64,000 nucleotides of DNA. It comes from Chiloscyllium plagiosum. Its lineage: Eukaryota. Below, piece by piece: positions 13,290-26,076 of this stretch. The stretch covers positions 55,613,285 through 55,677,284 of the forward strand of contig NC_057718.1 in NCBI RefSeq assembly GCF_004010195.1, given 5' to 3'. Position numbers and translations under genes: made by a program. The notes under the pieces were generated by a model. It worked only from the letters and a program-made list of their open reading frames with translations, did not search any database and had not been told where the DNA came from. Numbering within the stretch: the first letter of the stretch is position 1; each line of letters opens with the position of its first letter.

Positions 13290-15135
13290 CCTAGTAATGA
13301 GGAACCAGGTGAATTTAATGCACAAATAGCTTTCCAAACTGCACCTTCTAAAGAATCAAGGGGTAGGTAGGTGGGTAGAAATAAATACAGTTGTTAAGTA
13401 AAATGTACGTTGGAAAATAATGGGGTAAAAAGCTGATACGTTCCCTGGACCTAATGGCTTAGGTCCTAGGATGTTAAAGGAAGTAGCTGCACAGATAGTG
13501 AATGCATTGGTGATAATCATCCAAGAATCCTTAGATTTTGGAGAAGTCCAAGAGGATTTGAAAACTACCAATTTACACCTTTAGTTTAGAAGGGATGGAG
13601 ACAAAACAGGTAGCTATAGGCCACTTAACAAATATCTGTTATTCTCCTTTTATGAATAATATAATGGCAGAGCATTTAGAAATACATAATATAATGAAAC
13701 AGAGTCAGCATGGCTTTATGAATGGGAAATCATGTCTGACAGTCTTATGAAAATTGTATCAGAAGATAACAAGCAGGAAAAATGAAGGGAAACTCGTAAC
13801 ATGTAGGATTTTGAAATGGTTTTTGTTAAGAAACTGTAAAAAGGGCTATTTAATAAGATAACACGTTGTAGTATATTAGCATGGATAGATGTTTGGTGAA
13901 CGAATAGAAGATAGAGTTGGGATAAGTGAGTCGTTTTCAGGCTGGCAACTTCTAACTAGTAGAGTGCTTCAAGGTTCTGGACTTAATTATTACAATGCAT
14001 ATTAATGGTTTGGATGAGGGAAGTGTAGCCATTTTTAAGGATGATACAAAATAGATGGCAAGTGGCGAAGATGACAAAGCAATTTTGTAGAGGGATACAA
14101 ATAGTTAAGTAGGTGGATAAGAACTTGCAGATGGAATGTAACATGGGAAAATGTGAGCTTGTGTACTGTGGCAGGAAGAATATTTCTTAAATGGGCGGCG
14201 CAGTGGCACAGTGGTTAGCACTATTGCCTCACAGCGCCAGAGACCAAGGTTCAATTCCCGCCTCAGGCGACTGTCTGTGTGGAGTTTGCACATTCCCCCC
14301 GTGTCTGTGCGGGTTTCCTTCGGTTGCTCCGGTTTCCTCCCAGTCCAAAAATGTGCAGATTAGGTGAATTGGCCACGCTAAATTGCCCGTAGTGTTAGGT
14401 GAAGGGGTAAATGTAGGGGAATAGGTCTGGATGGGTTGCTCTTCAGAAGGTCGGTGTGGACTTGTTGGGCTGAAGGCTAAGTAAGTAATCTAAAAAAAAC
14501 TACAGAAAGTTGCAGTACACAGGGATTTAGGGGTCCTTGTGTATAACTCATAAAGAGCTACCATACAAATTCAGCAGTTAAATGGGAAGGTCAATGAATT
14601 ATTGGCCTTTATTTCAAAGGGAATGCAGTGCTAAAATTATACAAGGCACTAGTTAGACCACATTTAGAATACCATGAACAGTTTTGGTCTCTTTATCTAA
14701 GGAAAGATGTACTGGCATTCCAGAGAAGATTCACTGTATTGATCCTGGATATGAGAGATTTTCTTGTTTGAAATGATTGAGTATATTGAGTCTGGAAGAA
14801 TGAGAGGCAAACTATGTTGAACCATATATATTCTTGAGGGACTTGATGAGGTTGGCGCAGAAATCTCAAATAAGGGGTTGCCCATTTAAGGTTGAGATGT
14901 AGAGGAATTTCTTCTATCAGAGAACAGAAAATTTTTCACCATAGAGCAGAGTTGAAGCTGTGTCATTAAGTATATTCAAGACTGAGATAGACAGATTTTT
15001 AATCTGTAAGCAAATTCAGGTGTAATGGATTTAGGCAGTAAAGCAGAGTTGAGGATTATCAAATCAACCATGATCTCTTTCAGTGGTGAGTAGACTGAAT
15101 GATCGAATGCTCTACTTCTGCTCCTATGTCTTTAA
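13290..15135 (+). mobile_element. Old CR1 LINE RT-to-3'-end remnant, interrupted by an HE1 SINE
   Basis: Decayed PGPNG..PRMLKE, SQHGFMNGKSCLT and LVRPHLEY motifs. Confidence 0.75.
14193..14492 (+). mobile_element. HE1-type SINE
   Basis: Same head and central domain as 11627-11940. Confidence 0.9.
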
Positions 15136-16311
15136 CCAACACTGTCCTTTACCTAGAATTTAATATATTATCTGTTTTTGATCTCTGGATCAGATCACTC
15201 TAGTAACTGCTGTGATGTAGAAATGATATGGGTGAAATGTGTGCCATATAGAGAAAAGCTTGCACCTGATGATGTTGTTCCTACAATGGAAAGGGACCAT
15301 CACTCCCATATGTCCAGTTTCTCTTTCACGATGGCCATGTACTCCTTCCAGATGTTTGTGCACACGGCTTGACCTCTCTGAGTGATACAACCAGTAACGT
15401 TAGTAGTCTGACCTAATGGTGTAACAAGCAAATAATTGTCAGCACAGTTCCCAAAGAACATTGCTGTTGTTAAGAATTACGTTGACACTCAAGACTAGCT
15501 GAACACTTCATTGACGTACATCAACCTGTACAGCAACAGCAGATCTGAACAGAAGATGCTGATATTGCTCAGATATCTTTGCTGTCTGGAATTTTCACTA
15601 TCATCGTATGCCCAAATGTTTCCTGGTGGACTCTGCTAAAGCGGTAGTAAGCATATAAACAAAAGACTGCCTTGCCTGACTCCAGTAAGCATTCTGATTC
15701 CTAACCATTGAGTGAAACAGTATTACTGATATATATGTTGAGTCATTATATCCATTTAAGGATTCTCTTCCTATTTTGAAGGTTATGTCTATGATATAGG
15801 AGTGAAATATTCTGTTAAAGACCTTTCTTCTCCACACTGATGAGTTATCTGTCTATACCCACCCCTGTCTCACACAAGGATAACTAGCCCTATGTATTGT
15901 GAGAGTATCAGAGACATTTCCGCAGTATAAAATGGATGTAGTGAAATGCTCAGTCTTTTGGGCTGACGTGAGAAATATTTCTTCACATTATTTCTGCTGC
16001 AAGGAGGTAACTACCTACTACCTCCTCAGCATTGGAGGTGGTGAGGTTGCCTCCCTATTGCAGAAATGCATTCCAGAGAAATGGGAGTCCTTTTCTCTCA
16101 ACCAGATTGATGACTCGTGGGACAACCACTACTAATTGTTTGCAGGTGCTGAGGTGTAGTATTCCCCATTCTGGCAAGAACAGGTCAGCTTTGACTTTGG
16201 CAAGATTTCCAAGATTAAATAACCTTCAGCAGGTAGGCAATGGCTTAGTGGTATTATTGCTTTACTGTTAATTCAGACACTCAGGAAATATTCTGGGAAT
16301 CCAGGTTCGAA

Positions 16312-17580
16312 TTTGGACTTCAACAAGATGTTCAACAAGCTTCCATTTTGTAGACTGGTTTACAAGGTTGGATCACATGGAATACAAGGAGAACTAGTCA
16401 GTTGGATACAAAATTGGCTCGGAGGTAGAAGACAGAGTGGTGGTGGAGAGTTACTTTTTGGACTGGAGGCCTGTGATCAGTGGTGTGCCATAAGATTGGT
16501 ACTGGGTTCACTGCTTTATGTCATTTATATAAATGATTTGGATATGAACATACATATAGTTAGTAAGTTGGCAGGTGACACCAAAATTGATGGTGTAGTG
16601 GACAGCGAAGAAGGTTACCTCAGAGTACAAATGGGACCTTGATCAAATGGACTGATGGACAAAGGGGAAGCAATAGAGTTTAATCTAGATAAACATGAGG
16701 TGTTACATTTTGGAAAGGCAAAATATACACTTAATGGTAAGGTCCTGAGGAGTGTTGCCAAATAAAGAGACCTTGGAGTGCAGGTTCATAGTTCCTTGAA
16801 AGTGGAGTCACATATATACAGGGTAGTGAAGAAGGCATTTGGTATGCTTGCCTTTATTAGTCAGTGCATTGAGTATAGCATTTCCTGATGAAAGGCTTAT
16901 GCCCGAAATGTCGATTCTCCTACTCCTCGGATGCTACCTGACCTGCTGAGCTTTTCCAGCACCACACTCTCGACTCATTTTCTCCTATAGCATTTGGGAT
17001 GTCATGTTGCGACTGTACAAGATATTGGTTAGGCCACTTTTGGAATACTGCATTCAGTTCTGAACTCCCTGCTATTGGAAAGATGTTGTGAAATTTGAAA
17101 AAGTTCCAAAAAGATTTACAAGGATATTGCCAGGGTTGGATGGATTAAATCTAGAGAGGGGCTGAATAGGCTAGGTCTATTTGCCCTGGAGCATCAGAAG
17201 CTGGGGTGACCTTTATAGAAGTTTATAAAATCATGAGGAGCATGGATAGAATGAATACTTAAGGTCTTTTTCCCAAGGTGGATTGGGGTCCAAAACTAGA
17301 AGGCATAGGTTTAGGGTGAGAGGGGAAAGATTAAAAGGGACTTAAAGGGCAACTATTCCACACAGAGGATGATGCGTGTTTGGAATGAACTGTCAGAACA
17401 AATGGTGGATGCTGGTACAATTATAGTATTTAAAAGGCATCTGGATGGTAAGGGTTTAGAGGGATATGGGCCAAATGCTGAAAAATGGAATGAGATTAAT
17501 TTAGGATATCTGATCGGCATGGATGAGTTGAACCAAAGGGTCCGTTTCCGTGCTGTACATATCTTTGACTCTATGATTCT
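16312..17580 (+). mobile_element. CR1 LINE 3' part with a nested PLE mini-element at 16884-16985
   Basis: LDFNKMFNK, WIQNWL, YINDLD and SKLAGDTK motifs; 3' (CTATGA)-type tail. Nested insert has TATAGCATTT duplications at 16874-16883 and 16986-16995. Confidence 0.85.
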
Positions 17581-18280
17581 ATGTTGGCAAGATGTTATGT
17601 ATGGTGGCCAGGATTGGATGCTGGCATAGCCACGTTGGTGGGGCAGTGCCCAGAGTGTCAACAAGGATGAAACATACCACCCATAACTTCCCACATTCAT
17701 GGGAATGGCCGGGTAAATCCTGGACTAGGTTACTTGTTGACTTCATCAGTCCTTTCATGGGCTCTATGTTGTTAGTCATGTGATGCCCATTCAAAGAGGT
17801 TAGATGTGTTTAGAGTTGATTTGTCAGGTACGACATTTGAGAAGCTGCAATCGTCTTTTACAATACACGGACTCCTGGAGGTTTTGGTAACAGACAATGA
17901 GCCATCGTTTACCAGCAGGCAATTTGAGTATTTTCCTGAAGTCAAATGAGATTTGATATGTAAGAACAGCCCCATACCATCCATAATCAATGGTTTGTCA
18001 GAGACAGCAGCCCAAACTTTGAAGGCTGGCTTAAAGAAACAGCCTATAGCTTCATTCAATGCCACAATGTCTGGCACCTGTTTGATTAAAGAACCATCTT
18101 CATGGAACTACAGAGAGCTCCAGCAGAACTGCGAAGGGGGAAATAATTCTGCACCAGGTGAAACCTGATCATCACAGATCTGGGGGGTAGATGGTGGAGT
18201 GAAATGGCATCCAGATTAAAAGGCATCTGATTGTGTATATGCCAATGCTGGACACAAGCCTCCTTTAAACGAGAGATGAG

Positions 18281-18990
18281 GTGGAGGTGCCAGTTTTGGA
18301 CTGGCATGGACAAAGTTAAAAATCGCATATGGACTGATAGCCTACAGACTCTGCACTTTCTGAACAAAACAGAACGTACTTGCAAATACAAATCTGCATA
18401 TGCAAATTCACCCTATAGATGTATGTGGGTGAGAGATAGTGTGTGTATGTGTGAGTGCACTCTCTCTCTCTCACACACGCGCACACACACACTCTCACAC
18501 TCACGCATATTCTCAGACTCTCCGCGCACGCACACAGACAGACACACACACACAGGCGCACACACACATATTCAGTTAGTCCATGTGACATTTTATAAAT
18601 TCCTGCTTTGGAAATAGAACTAGTTTGACTCATGGTTGGGAAGCAGACAGTCTCTGACCTCATACTTTTTAATGCATAGTCTGAGCTGAGATGTCACCTG
18701 TTTTTTACATAAAACCGTCAGTGACCTCTGAACTGACTTGAAGGAAGTTCTGGGATTTACATATTAATTAATTGAAGCTTGCACCTCCATCCTGTGATTA
18801 AAAACTTTACAGCAATCTAGGTTTGTTGAAGACATCGCATCAGGTGTATGACACGTTGATCTTTTACTATAAATTCTGTGTCCTATGATCCTGCCCCACT
18901 AGCTACCTGATGAAGGAGCAGTGCTCTGAAAGCTTGTACTTCCAGATAAACCTGTTGGGCTACAGCCTAGTAGTGTGTGATTTTGAACTA
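18281..18990 (+). mobile_element. PLE family B non-coding pLTR element with (GT)/(CA) tract, nested in the Gypsy integrase
   Basis: Shares body and terminus (CTGATGAAGGAGC...GAAAGCT...AAACCTGTTGG...TGTGTGATTTT) with 58309-58965. Confidence 0.65.
18904..18938 (+). ncRNA. Putative minimal hammerhead ribozyme (family B)
   Basis: tac-CTGATGA-a-ggagc(agt)gctct-GAAA-gc-TT-gta: both core boxes, helix II, 3-bp helix I (tac/gta) and palindromic AGCT in place of helix III. Confidence 0.6.
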
Positions 18991-19564
18991 AGCTTCAGGG
19001 GACCAAGTGTAGTGTTGAAACCACTGGAATGCTCCTGAATTGGTTAAAGGCATGGTTGATGCGAGGTCAGGTCCAATGATGATTAAATTTTAGGTAGGAG
19101 AGGTGGTCCTGAACAAGCATGTGGACCACATAGAAGCCGTAACATTTTAAAACGGGCAGGCGCAAAATATATCTTATCCTTCAAAACATCCGCAAGGCTG
19201 TCAGAACCTGTGGGTTCTATTGTCGAAGAAACCTTTGAGGACAAGATGGACACAGCAGAGGTCATGGCCCCGTTGCCATTACCACCTGAGAATGAGGAGG
19301 ACTTTCTTCTGAGATGATCCAGGCATAAGAGGTGGGATATAATCTGATACATGCTGTCAGGTTCAGTCGGAAGAACTGGACTTGGTGCAAAAACACCCCA
19401 GGGAAAACTACAGGGAAAGGAATGGGCGTACATGCTAGGACGTGTAAGGATGTAATGAATGGAACGAGGTCAGCCAGGTGGACCACATAGAATGAGTCCC
19501 CTGATTGCGGCTGTTAACTTGGTCCAATCAGGGAGGCCTGACTGACAGATATAAACAGAGTGTC

Positions 19565-20422
19565 CACTACCGCACTTAGGTGGTAGTGTGGGGAAAAAGA
19601 AAAAAAAAGAAAAAAACAAAAAAAGAAAAAAAAGGAAAAGAAAGAAAAAAAATAAACAGAGTGGCCAACTCTATTTTGATTTAATCCCTGCCCTGCCCTT
19701 CACTGTTTGATCAAGCAGTATTGCCCTTTGATGAGAAAGGCACTGCTTGTCATTGGCCACCCGGGTGTTTTCCTATCTTCCTGGTGGTGGAATTTGAATA
19801 AAGATTCGTGCACTTCGTGCCTTTCACTGTGTCTCACACCTGCACACACACACACCATGGGTGCTGGGGATAAAATAAGCACTACCGCACTTAGGTGGTA
19901 GTGTGGGGGTTAAATTATATATGAAAAAAAATAAGAAGAAAATAAACAGAGTGTCCAACTCTATTTTGATTTAATCCCTGCCCTGCCCTTCACTGACAAG
20001 CAGTATTGCCCTTTGATGAGAAAGGCACTGCTTGTCATTGGCCACTCGGGTGTTTCCTTTCTTCCTGGTGGTGGAAATTGAATAAAGATTCATACAGCTT
20101 GTGTCTCACACCTGCACACACACAACATGGGTGCTGGGGCAAAAATAAGCACTACCGCAGCTAGGCGGTAGTGTGGAGATTAATATAAAGAGAAAAAAAA
20201 GAAAAAATAAACAAGAGTGTCCAACTCTATTTTGATTTAATCCTTGCCCTGCCCTTCACTGATTGATCAAGCAGCATTGCCCTTTGATGAGAAGGGCACT
20301 GCTTGTCGCTGGCCACTCGGGTGTTTCCTTTCTTCCTGGTGGTGGAAATTTGAATAAAGATTCGTGCACCTTATGTCTTTCACAGTGTCTCACACCTGCA
20401 CACACACAAAAAAATTTTTAAA
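19565..20422 (+). mobile_element. Four head-to-tail polyadenylated copies of a non-LTR retroelement 3' end (possibly Tx1-like), separated by copies of the LTR target motif
   Basis: Units 19565-19650, 19666-19941, 19956-20206 and 20222-20422, each ending in an A-rich tail followed by an (AT)AAACAG(G)AGTGTC-like motif. Confidence 0.75.
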
Positions 20423-20877
20423 AATAGGAGTGTCAGAGATTCTGTTCACTTTGAAAAAAAGATAAACAGGAGTGGCAGGGGTTTTGCTCACTGTAGGAGT
20501 CAGCCTTGAACTAGCTGGATGAATGTCATGTACCACGACTATGTAAATAAAGGGTGACTTGGTGACAGGATACCAGCCTTCATGAAGTTATTTCACGAGG
20601 AGATGTGATTCCAGACAGCAACTGTAATCGGAAAAGAAAGTAAAATTAAATTCAGGAAAGACGGAGGCAACAAAAAGCAAGAGGCAACAGATCTGAAATT
20701 GTTGAATTCAGTGATAAATGTGAAAAGCTATCAAGTGTTTGGTGCTTGAGTTTGTGCTAGAACATTGAAGGGTTCAAGGACATGGGTCAGTATGGGAGCA
20801 AACTGGAAATTCTGAGTCACACTTGTGGACTGAGTAGAAGTTTGCTATAGAGCAATCATCCAATCTGCATTTGGTCT

Positions 20878-20973
20878 GAAAATGTGTTGCTGGAAAAGCG
20901 CAGCAGGTCAGGCAGCATCCAAGGAGCAGGAGAATCGACGTTTCGGGCATAAGCCCTTCTTCAGGAATGGATT
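20878..20973 (-). mobile_element. ~96-bp PLE family A mini-element
   Basis: TGCATTTGGTCT duplicated at 20866-20877 and 20974-20985. Confidence 0.8.
20937..20964 (-). ncRNA. Putative minimal hammerhead ribozyme (family A, core intact)
   Basis: Minus strand CTGAAGA-a-gggc(ttat)gccc-GAAA-cg-TC with palindromic ACGT and GUC triplet; helix I is weak (attc/gatt). Confidence 0.6.
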
Positions 20974-21248
20974 TGCATTTGGTCTATACAATGTCGATCA
21001 GATTGCACTGTGTATGAAAGATACAGCATGCTAAATTAAAATTTTCAGGCCAGGATGCCTCACATGGAGGGGCGCAATCTCCAAATTTTCCAACTTGTAA
21101 ATTAAAAAGTCTCTAAGCCAGGCAGCCTTTATGGAGGGTAACCCCATCCATCTAGCCTCCTGTATCTGTAGCTAAAGCCAAACAGGAGGAGAGGTTCTTG
21201 AGGATGGTTCGGAGCGCTGGGTCCCCCAGATCGCCATTGACAGGCTAT

Positions 21249-21931
21249 TGTTACGACACGGGATAAACCCCACTGCTTAATTTAAGCCAGCAACACAAAA
21301 GATAATCTGTGGAAATTCATGAGGCTAAGAAATATTTAAAGTAAGAAGTAACAACTTTATTTCTTAAAGTATAACAGAGAATAATAACTAACAACTATTT
21401 ACGATACCTATATTTTACATTCCCTTCAATAATACTAATCCGATAAATACCATGATTAAGATTTACCAAAAAAATCTAATTTCGAAACCAGGCAGCAGTC
21501 AAATCTTCCCTTTGTATGTTCCTCTGTAGATTTTCTTATTCTTAGGGACTTCTGTTTCACACGTCATTGATAGGTAAAGGTACCTTTAAAAGAGCTGTGT
21601 TTTGGGCAGTCTGTACAGCCTGGTGGCTTGACAGTTCTCCTCTAACTGTTCGATTTGTTTTCAGTTTTAGACCCAAAGCATCGGATCATTTCATTGGTGT
21701 TAATAGTGTCGAAATTCTAATTCAAACTTGATTGGAGTTTGGTATTTTGGCATAGTTTAAACTGATTGGATTAATTTGAATTTGTTTTTGTCACATAGCA
21801 ACCCAGCCAATTCTAGCTGTTCTGAACAAGCCTTACATTGTTACCTTGTTCCGGACTCTCTGTGCCTCTCTAAGTCATTGCTAGCTTTTCCACTTTCTTA
21901 AAGGTACAGTATCCCTTTCACCTTTATTACA
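21249..21931 (-). mobile_element. Solo LTR
   Basis: TGTTA...TTACA termini, CTAT target duplication, collinear with 39890-40588. Orientation inferred from the AATAAA position. Confidence 0.85.
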
Positions 21932-22051
21932 CTATCTCCATGGAGCTGGCATATTTCCTGACATCTTTGAACGCCCAGATACCGGCTGGAAAATTTCAGC
22001 TGTTTTTTGGCAATTTCATAACTGGTCCTTTAACTTGCTAGATTAGCTACT

Positions 22052-22192
22052 AGGAGATGGTGAGGACTGCAGATACTGGAGAAGTGGCATTGGAAAAAGT
22101 GCAGCAGGTCAGGCAGCATCTGAGGAGCAAGAGAGTTGACGTTTTGGACTTAACCCTTCATCAGGAGTGGGAAAGGGGAAGTGGGCAGAGAA
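22052..22192 (-). mobile_element. PLE family A terminal mini-element
   Basis: Tail GGAGATGGTGAGGACTGCAGATACTGGAG plus a decayed hammerhead core; ATTAGCTACT on both sides. Confidence 0.7.
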
Positions 22193-22534
22193 ATTAGCTA
22201 CTGGCCACTTGAAACTATTTAGCCTGATTCTGAGAAAATAGCCCAGGTGCAAAATGATCCCAACAAGCAAGGCATAGCGGCCAGTGCAGAACATTTTCAT
22301 GGTTGCCCACCTCTGAATTTATCTCCATCAAAGACTAAAGTGAACCTCCCCAGTGGTGGAAATCTCTTAGATCTCAGAGCCACAGGCATTTGCCAAGGAA
22401 AGTGATGTGGCAATGAAACTGAAGTTTGGTAAATGCTGATCAAATATGAGAAGAATATAGAAAACAATAGGTGGAATTTTGTTCAAACCCCATTTGCCAG
22501 AGAGCAGAACTTCTTCAGTGGTGGGCATCCCTAG

Positions 22535-24935
22535 CACATAAAACAATATAGTGCAGAACAGGCCCTTTGGCCCTCGATGTTGTGCCAACCTGTGTACTAT
22601 TCTAAGCTCATCCCCTTACACTATCCCATCATCATCCATGTGCCTAACCAAGGATTGTTTAAATCTCCCTAATGTGGCTGAGTTAACTACATTGGCAGGC
22701 ATGGCATTCCATGCCCTTACCACTCTGAGTAAGAAACCTGCCTCTGACATCTGTCTTAAATCTATCTCCCCTCAATTTGTAGTTATGCCCCCTTGTACAC
22801 ACTGATGTCATCATCCTAGGAAAAAAGACTTTCACTGTCTACCCTATCTAATCCTCTGATCATCTTGTATGTCTCTATCAAATACCCTCTTAGCTTTCTT
22901 CTTTCCAATGAGAACAGACCCAAGTCTCTCAGCCTTTCCTCATAAGAGCTTCCCTCCAGATCAGGCAACATCCTGGTAAATCCTCTGTGCACCTTTTCCA
23001 ATGCTTACACATCCTTCCTGTAATGGGCCGACCAGAACTGCACACAATATTCCAAGTGCGGCCGCACTAGCGTTTTGTATAGTTGCAGCAGGTCTGGAAC
23101 TCAACCTAACAATGAAACCTAACACACCGTATGCTTTCTTAATAGCACTATCAACCTGGGTGGCAACTTTCAGGGATCTAGTACATGGACTCCAAGATCC
23201 CTCTGCGCATCCTCACTACTAAGAATCTTCCCATTGACCCAGTACTCTACCTTCCTGTTATTCTTCCCAAAGTGAATCACCTCTCATTTAGCTGCACTGA
23301 ACTCTATTTGCCATTTCTCTGCCCAATTCTGCAGTTTATCCAAGTCCTCCCGCAACCTGTAACATTCTTCTACACTGTCACTACTCCACCAACTTTAGTG
23401 TCATCTACAAACTTGCTAACCCATCCAACTATGCCTGCATCTAAGTCATTTATAAAAATGACAAACAACAGTGGTCCCAAAACAGATCCTTGTGGCACAC
23501 CACTAGTAACCGGACTCCAGGCTGAATATTTTCCATCAACCACCACTCGCTGCCTTCTTTCAGAAAACTAGTTTCTAATCCAAACTGCTAAATCACTCTC
23601 AATCACATGCCTCCACATTTTCTCCAATAGTCTACCATGTGGAAACTGAAGTCCATGTACACCACGTCAACTGCCCTAACCTCATCTACTTGCTTGGGTC
23701 ACCTTCTCAAAAAACTCAATGTGGTTTGTGAGACACAACCTGCCCTTGACAAATCCATGTTGACTATCTGAAATCAAATTGTTGCTTGCTAGATGATTAC
23801 AAAGACTATCTTTTCTCATCCTTTTCAAAACCTTTCCTACAATAGATGTATGGATCACTGGTCTATAATTACCTGGGTCATCTCTGCTGCCCTTCTTGCA
23901 CAAGGGCACAATATTTGTAATCCTCCAGTCCTCTGGTACTAAATCTGTAGACAATGACAACTCAAAGATCAAAGCCAAAGGCTCCACTATCTCCTCCTCA
24001 GCTTCCCAGAGAATCCTCTGTTAAATCCCATCTGGCCCAGGGGACTTGTCTACTTTCACTCCTTCTAGAATTGATAACACCTTTTCATAATTAACCTCGA
24101 TCCTTTCTCATCTCATATCTCATTCTTCTCCTCGACAATATTTTCCTTTTCCTGAGTGAAAACCAATGAGAAATGTTCGTTTGGTACCTCTCCAATCTCC
24201 ACAGGGTCCACACTCAACTTCCCACTTCTGTCTTTGACTGGCCCTATTCCTACCCTAGTCATCCTTTTATTTCTCACATACCTATAGAAAGCTTTAGGGT
24301 TCTCCTTTATTTTACCTGCTAAAGACTGCTCATGTCCTCTCTTTGCTCTTCTTAACTCTCTCTTTAAATCCTTCCTAGCTAATCATTAACTCTCCAACAC
24401 CTCATCTGAACAATCTCATCTCATCAACATATAAGCCTCCTTCCGCTTAACAAGAGACGCAATTTCTGTGGTAAACCACGGTTCCCTTACCTTATCACTT
24501 CCTCCCTGCCTGACAGGAACATATCTATCAAGGACACTCAATATCTTTTCCTTAAACCAGTTCCACATTTCCATTATCCCCATCCCCTGCATTTTGCTAC
24601 CCCATTCAATGCATCCTAATTCTTGCTTAATCGCATTATAATTGCCCTTCCCCCATCGATAACTCTTGTCCTGTGGCATGTACCTATCTCTTTCCATTGC
24701 TAAACTAAACGTAACTAAATTATGGTCACTGTCTCCAAAGTGCTCACCTACAACTAAATCAAACACTTGGTCTGGTTCATTATCAATCACCAGATCCAGT
24801 GTGGCCTCCCCTCTTTTTGACCCTTCGACATATTGTCAGGAAACACTCCTGCATACATTGGACAAAAACTGATCCATCCGACGTACTATAGTTATAGCAT
24901 TTCCAGTCAATATGGGGGAAGTTAAAGTCCCCCCG
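22535..24935 (-). mobile_element. CR1 LINE ORF2 remnant (endonuclease, RT, 3' UTR) with internal deletion near 23650
   Basis: GDFNFP, GDSDHN, PGNYRPV, SQHGFVKGRLCLTN and LGLFSLERRKLRG motifs. Confidence 0.9.
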
Positions 24936-24974
24936 TAGAAGAGAAGTGATAGTGAATTAAATACTCAGACAAAA

Positions 24975-25830
24975 AAGCAAGATATTGTGGGTGTTGGCAA
25001 ACTGAAATAAAAACAGTAAGTGCTAGAAATACTCTCAGGTCTTACACCATCTTTCAAAAGGGAAACAGAATTAACATTTCAGATCTTTTACAGCTGGGGT
25101 TCATGTGACCCAATTACAAAAGGATTGGTGCTGCATTGCCAAAGGGAGGTGATTGGGACAAGTAACAAAATAAAAGAATGTCAGAGGAGATGGGAATAGC
25201 TGAATCATAAGCAGCAGCAGTTTAAAAGTGAGCAAAAATACAAGGAAGTAAATCCAAAATAAGCAAAAAAAAGGAAACAAAATTGAGTCAGTATTACAGT
25301 TTGATATTATTGAACTCCATGTTGAGTCCTTAAGGGTGTAAAGTTCTTAATTGAAAAGTAACATATTGTTCCTCAAGTTCACATTAAGCTTCATTGGAAC
25401 ACTGCAGCAGGCTGAGGACAGAGAGACCACAGTGACAACAAGACAAAATAAAGATGGTGCACAACTAGAAGCTAGGTGCCACACTCATGGTCCAAACAGG
25501 TTGTTTCACAAGTGGAACCTAATCTATGTTTGGTCTCCCGTTGTAAAGAGAAAAGAAGAGTGTGAGGAAATAATGCAGTATACTAAAGCATTATAAAAAA
25601 GCATTTTATTTTATCTTTGAAGGAGGGCTTGGTGCTTCCAACTGTGAGGAGGAAGGAGGTAAAATGATATTACATTTCATGCTTTTGCATGGAAAAATGC
25701 TATGAGAAAAGGAGGATGTGCTGGAGCTGATTGACCAAACTGTTGCAGAGAGATCAGACACTACAAATTGCTGAAATGGGAGAGGATGATGTGTTTGGTG
25801 GTAGCATTTTGTAAAATGGTCTTAAAGCAA
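24975..25830 (-). mobile_element. Old PLE-like 3' fragment
   Basis: Resembles the terminus and body at 46270-46800 (CTGAAATAAAAACAG...TGCTAGAAATACTC; TTGGTCTCCCGTTGTA). Confidence 0.45.
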
Positions 25831-26076
25831 TTGGATTCAAAGTGGTAGGTTTTAAGAGTGTTAGAGAGTGGGCTAGTGATGTGGAGAGCTTTAGGGAGGG
25901 AATTCTGGAGATTTTGGCCAGGTCAACTGAGCTATGCATCAAAGCAGAGTTATTAAAGTCAGGCATGTGCAAATAACCAGATATGGAGAAATGCTGAGAT
26001 TTCAGACTATTGTAAGGCTAGAAGAAATGACAAAGGCAAATGTGAAGCTATGGAAAAATTTTAAAGTTGAGAAACT

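Larger units (their letters stand above)
17581..20595 (+). mobile_element. Gypsy LTR retrotransposon 3' part: decayed integrase and 3' LTR (19451-20595) expanded by nested insertions
   Basis: GQCPECQ, WEWPGKSWTRLLVDF, VTDNEPSF and APYHPS integrase motifs. LTR is TG...CA with CCAAT (19524), TATAAA (19550) and AATAAA; homologous to 30432-30842. Confidence 0.75.

Noticed and set aside
12662..15135. Back-to-back CR1 pieces as one twin-primed inversion
   Set aside because: Both pieces contain a 3' end and differ in sequence and decay, so they are independent insertions.
15430..16230. Possible very old PLE-like RT remnant
   Set aside because: Only faint motif hints (DIFAVW); not supportable without a profile search.
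19551..20476. Short repeats separated by spacers, superficially CRISPR-like
   Set aside because: Vertebrate DNA with no cas genes; the spacers are homologous to each other, 85-280 bp long and A-tailed.
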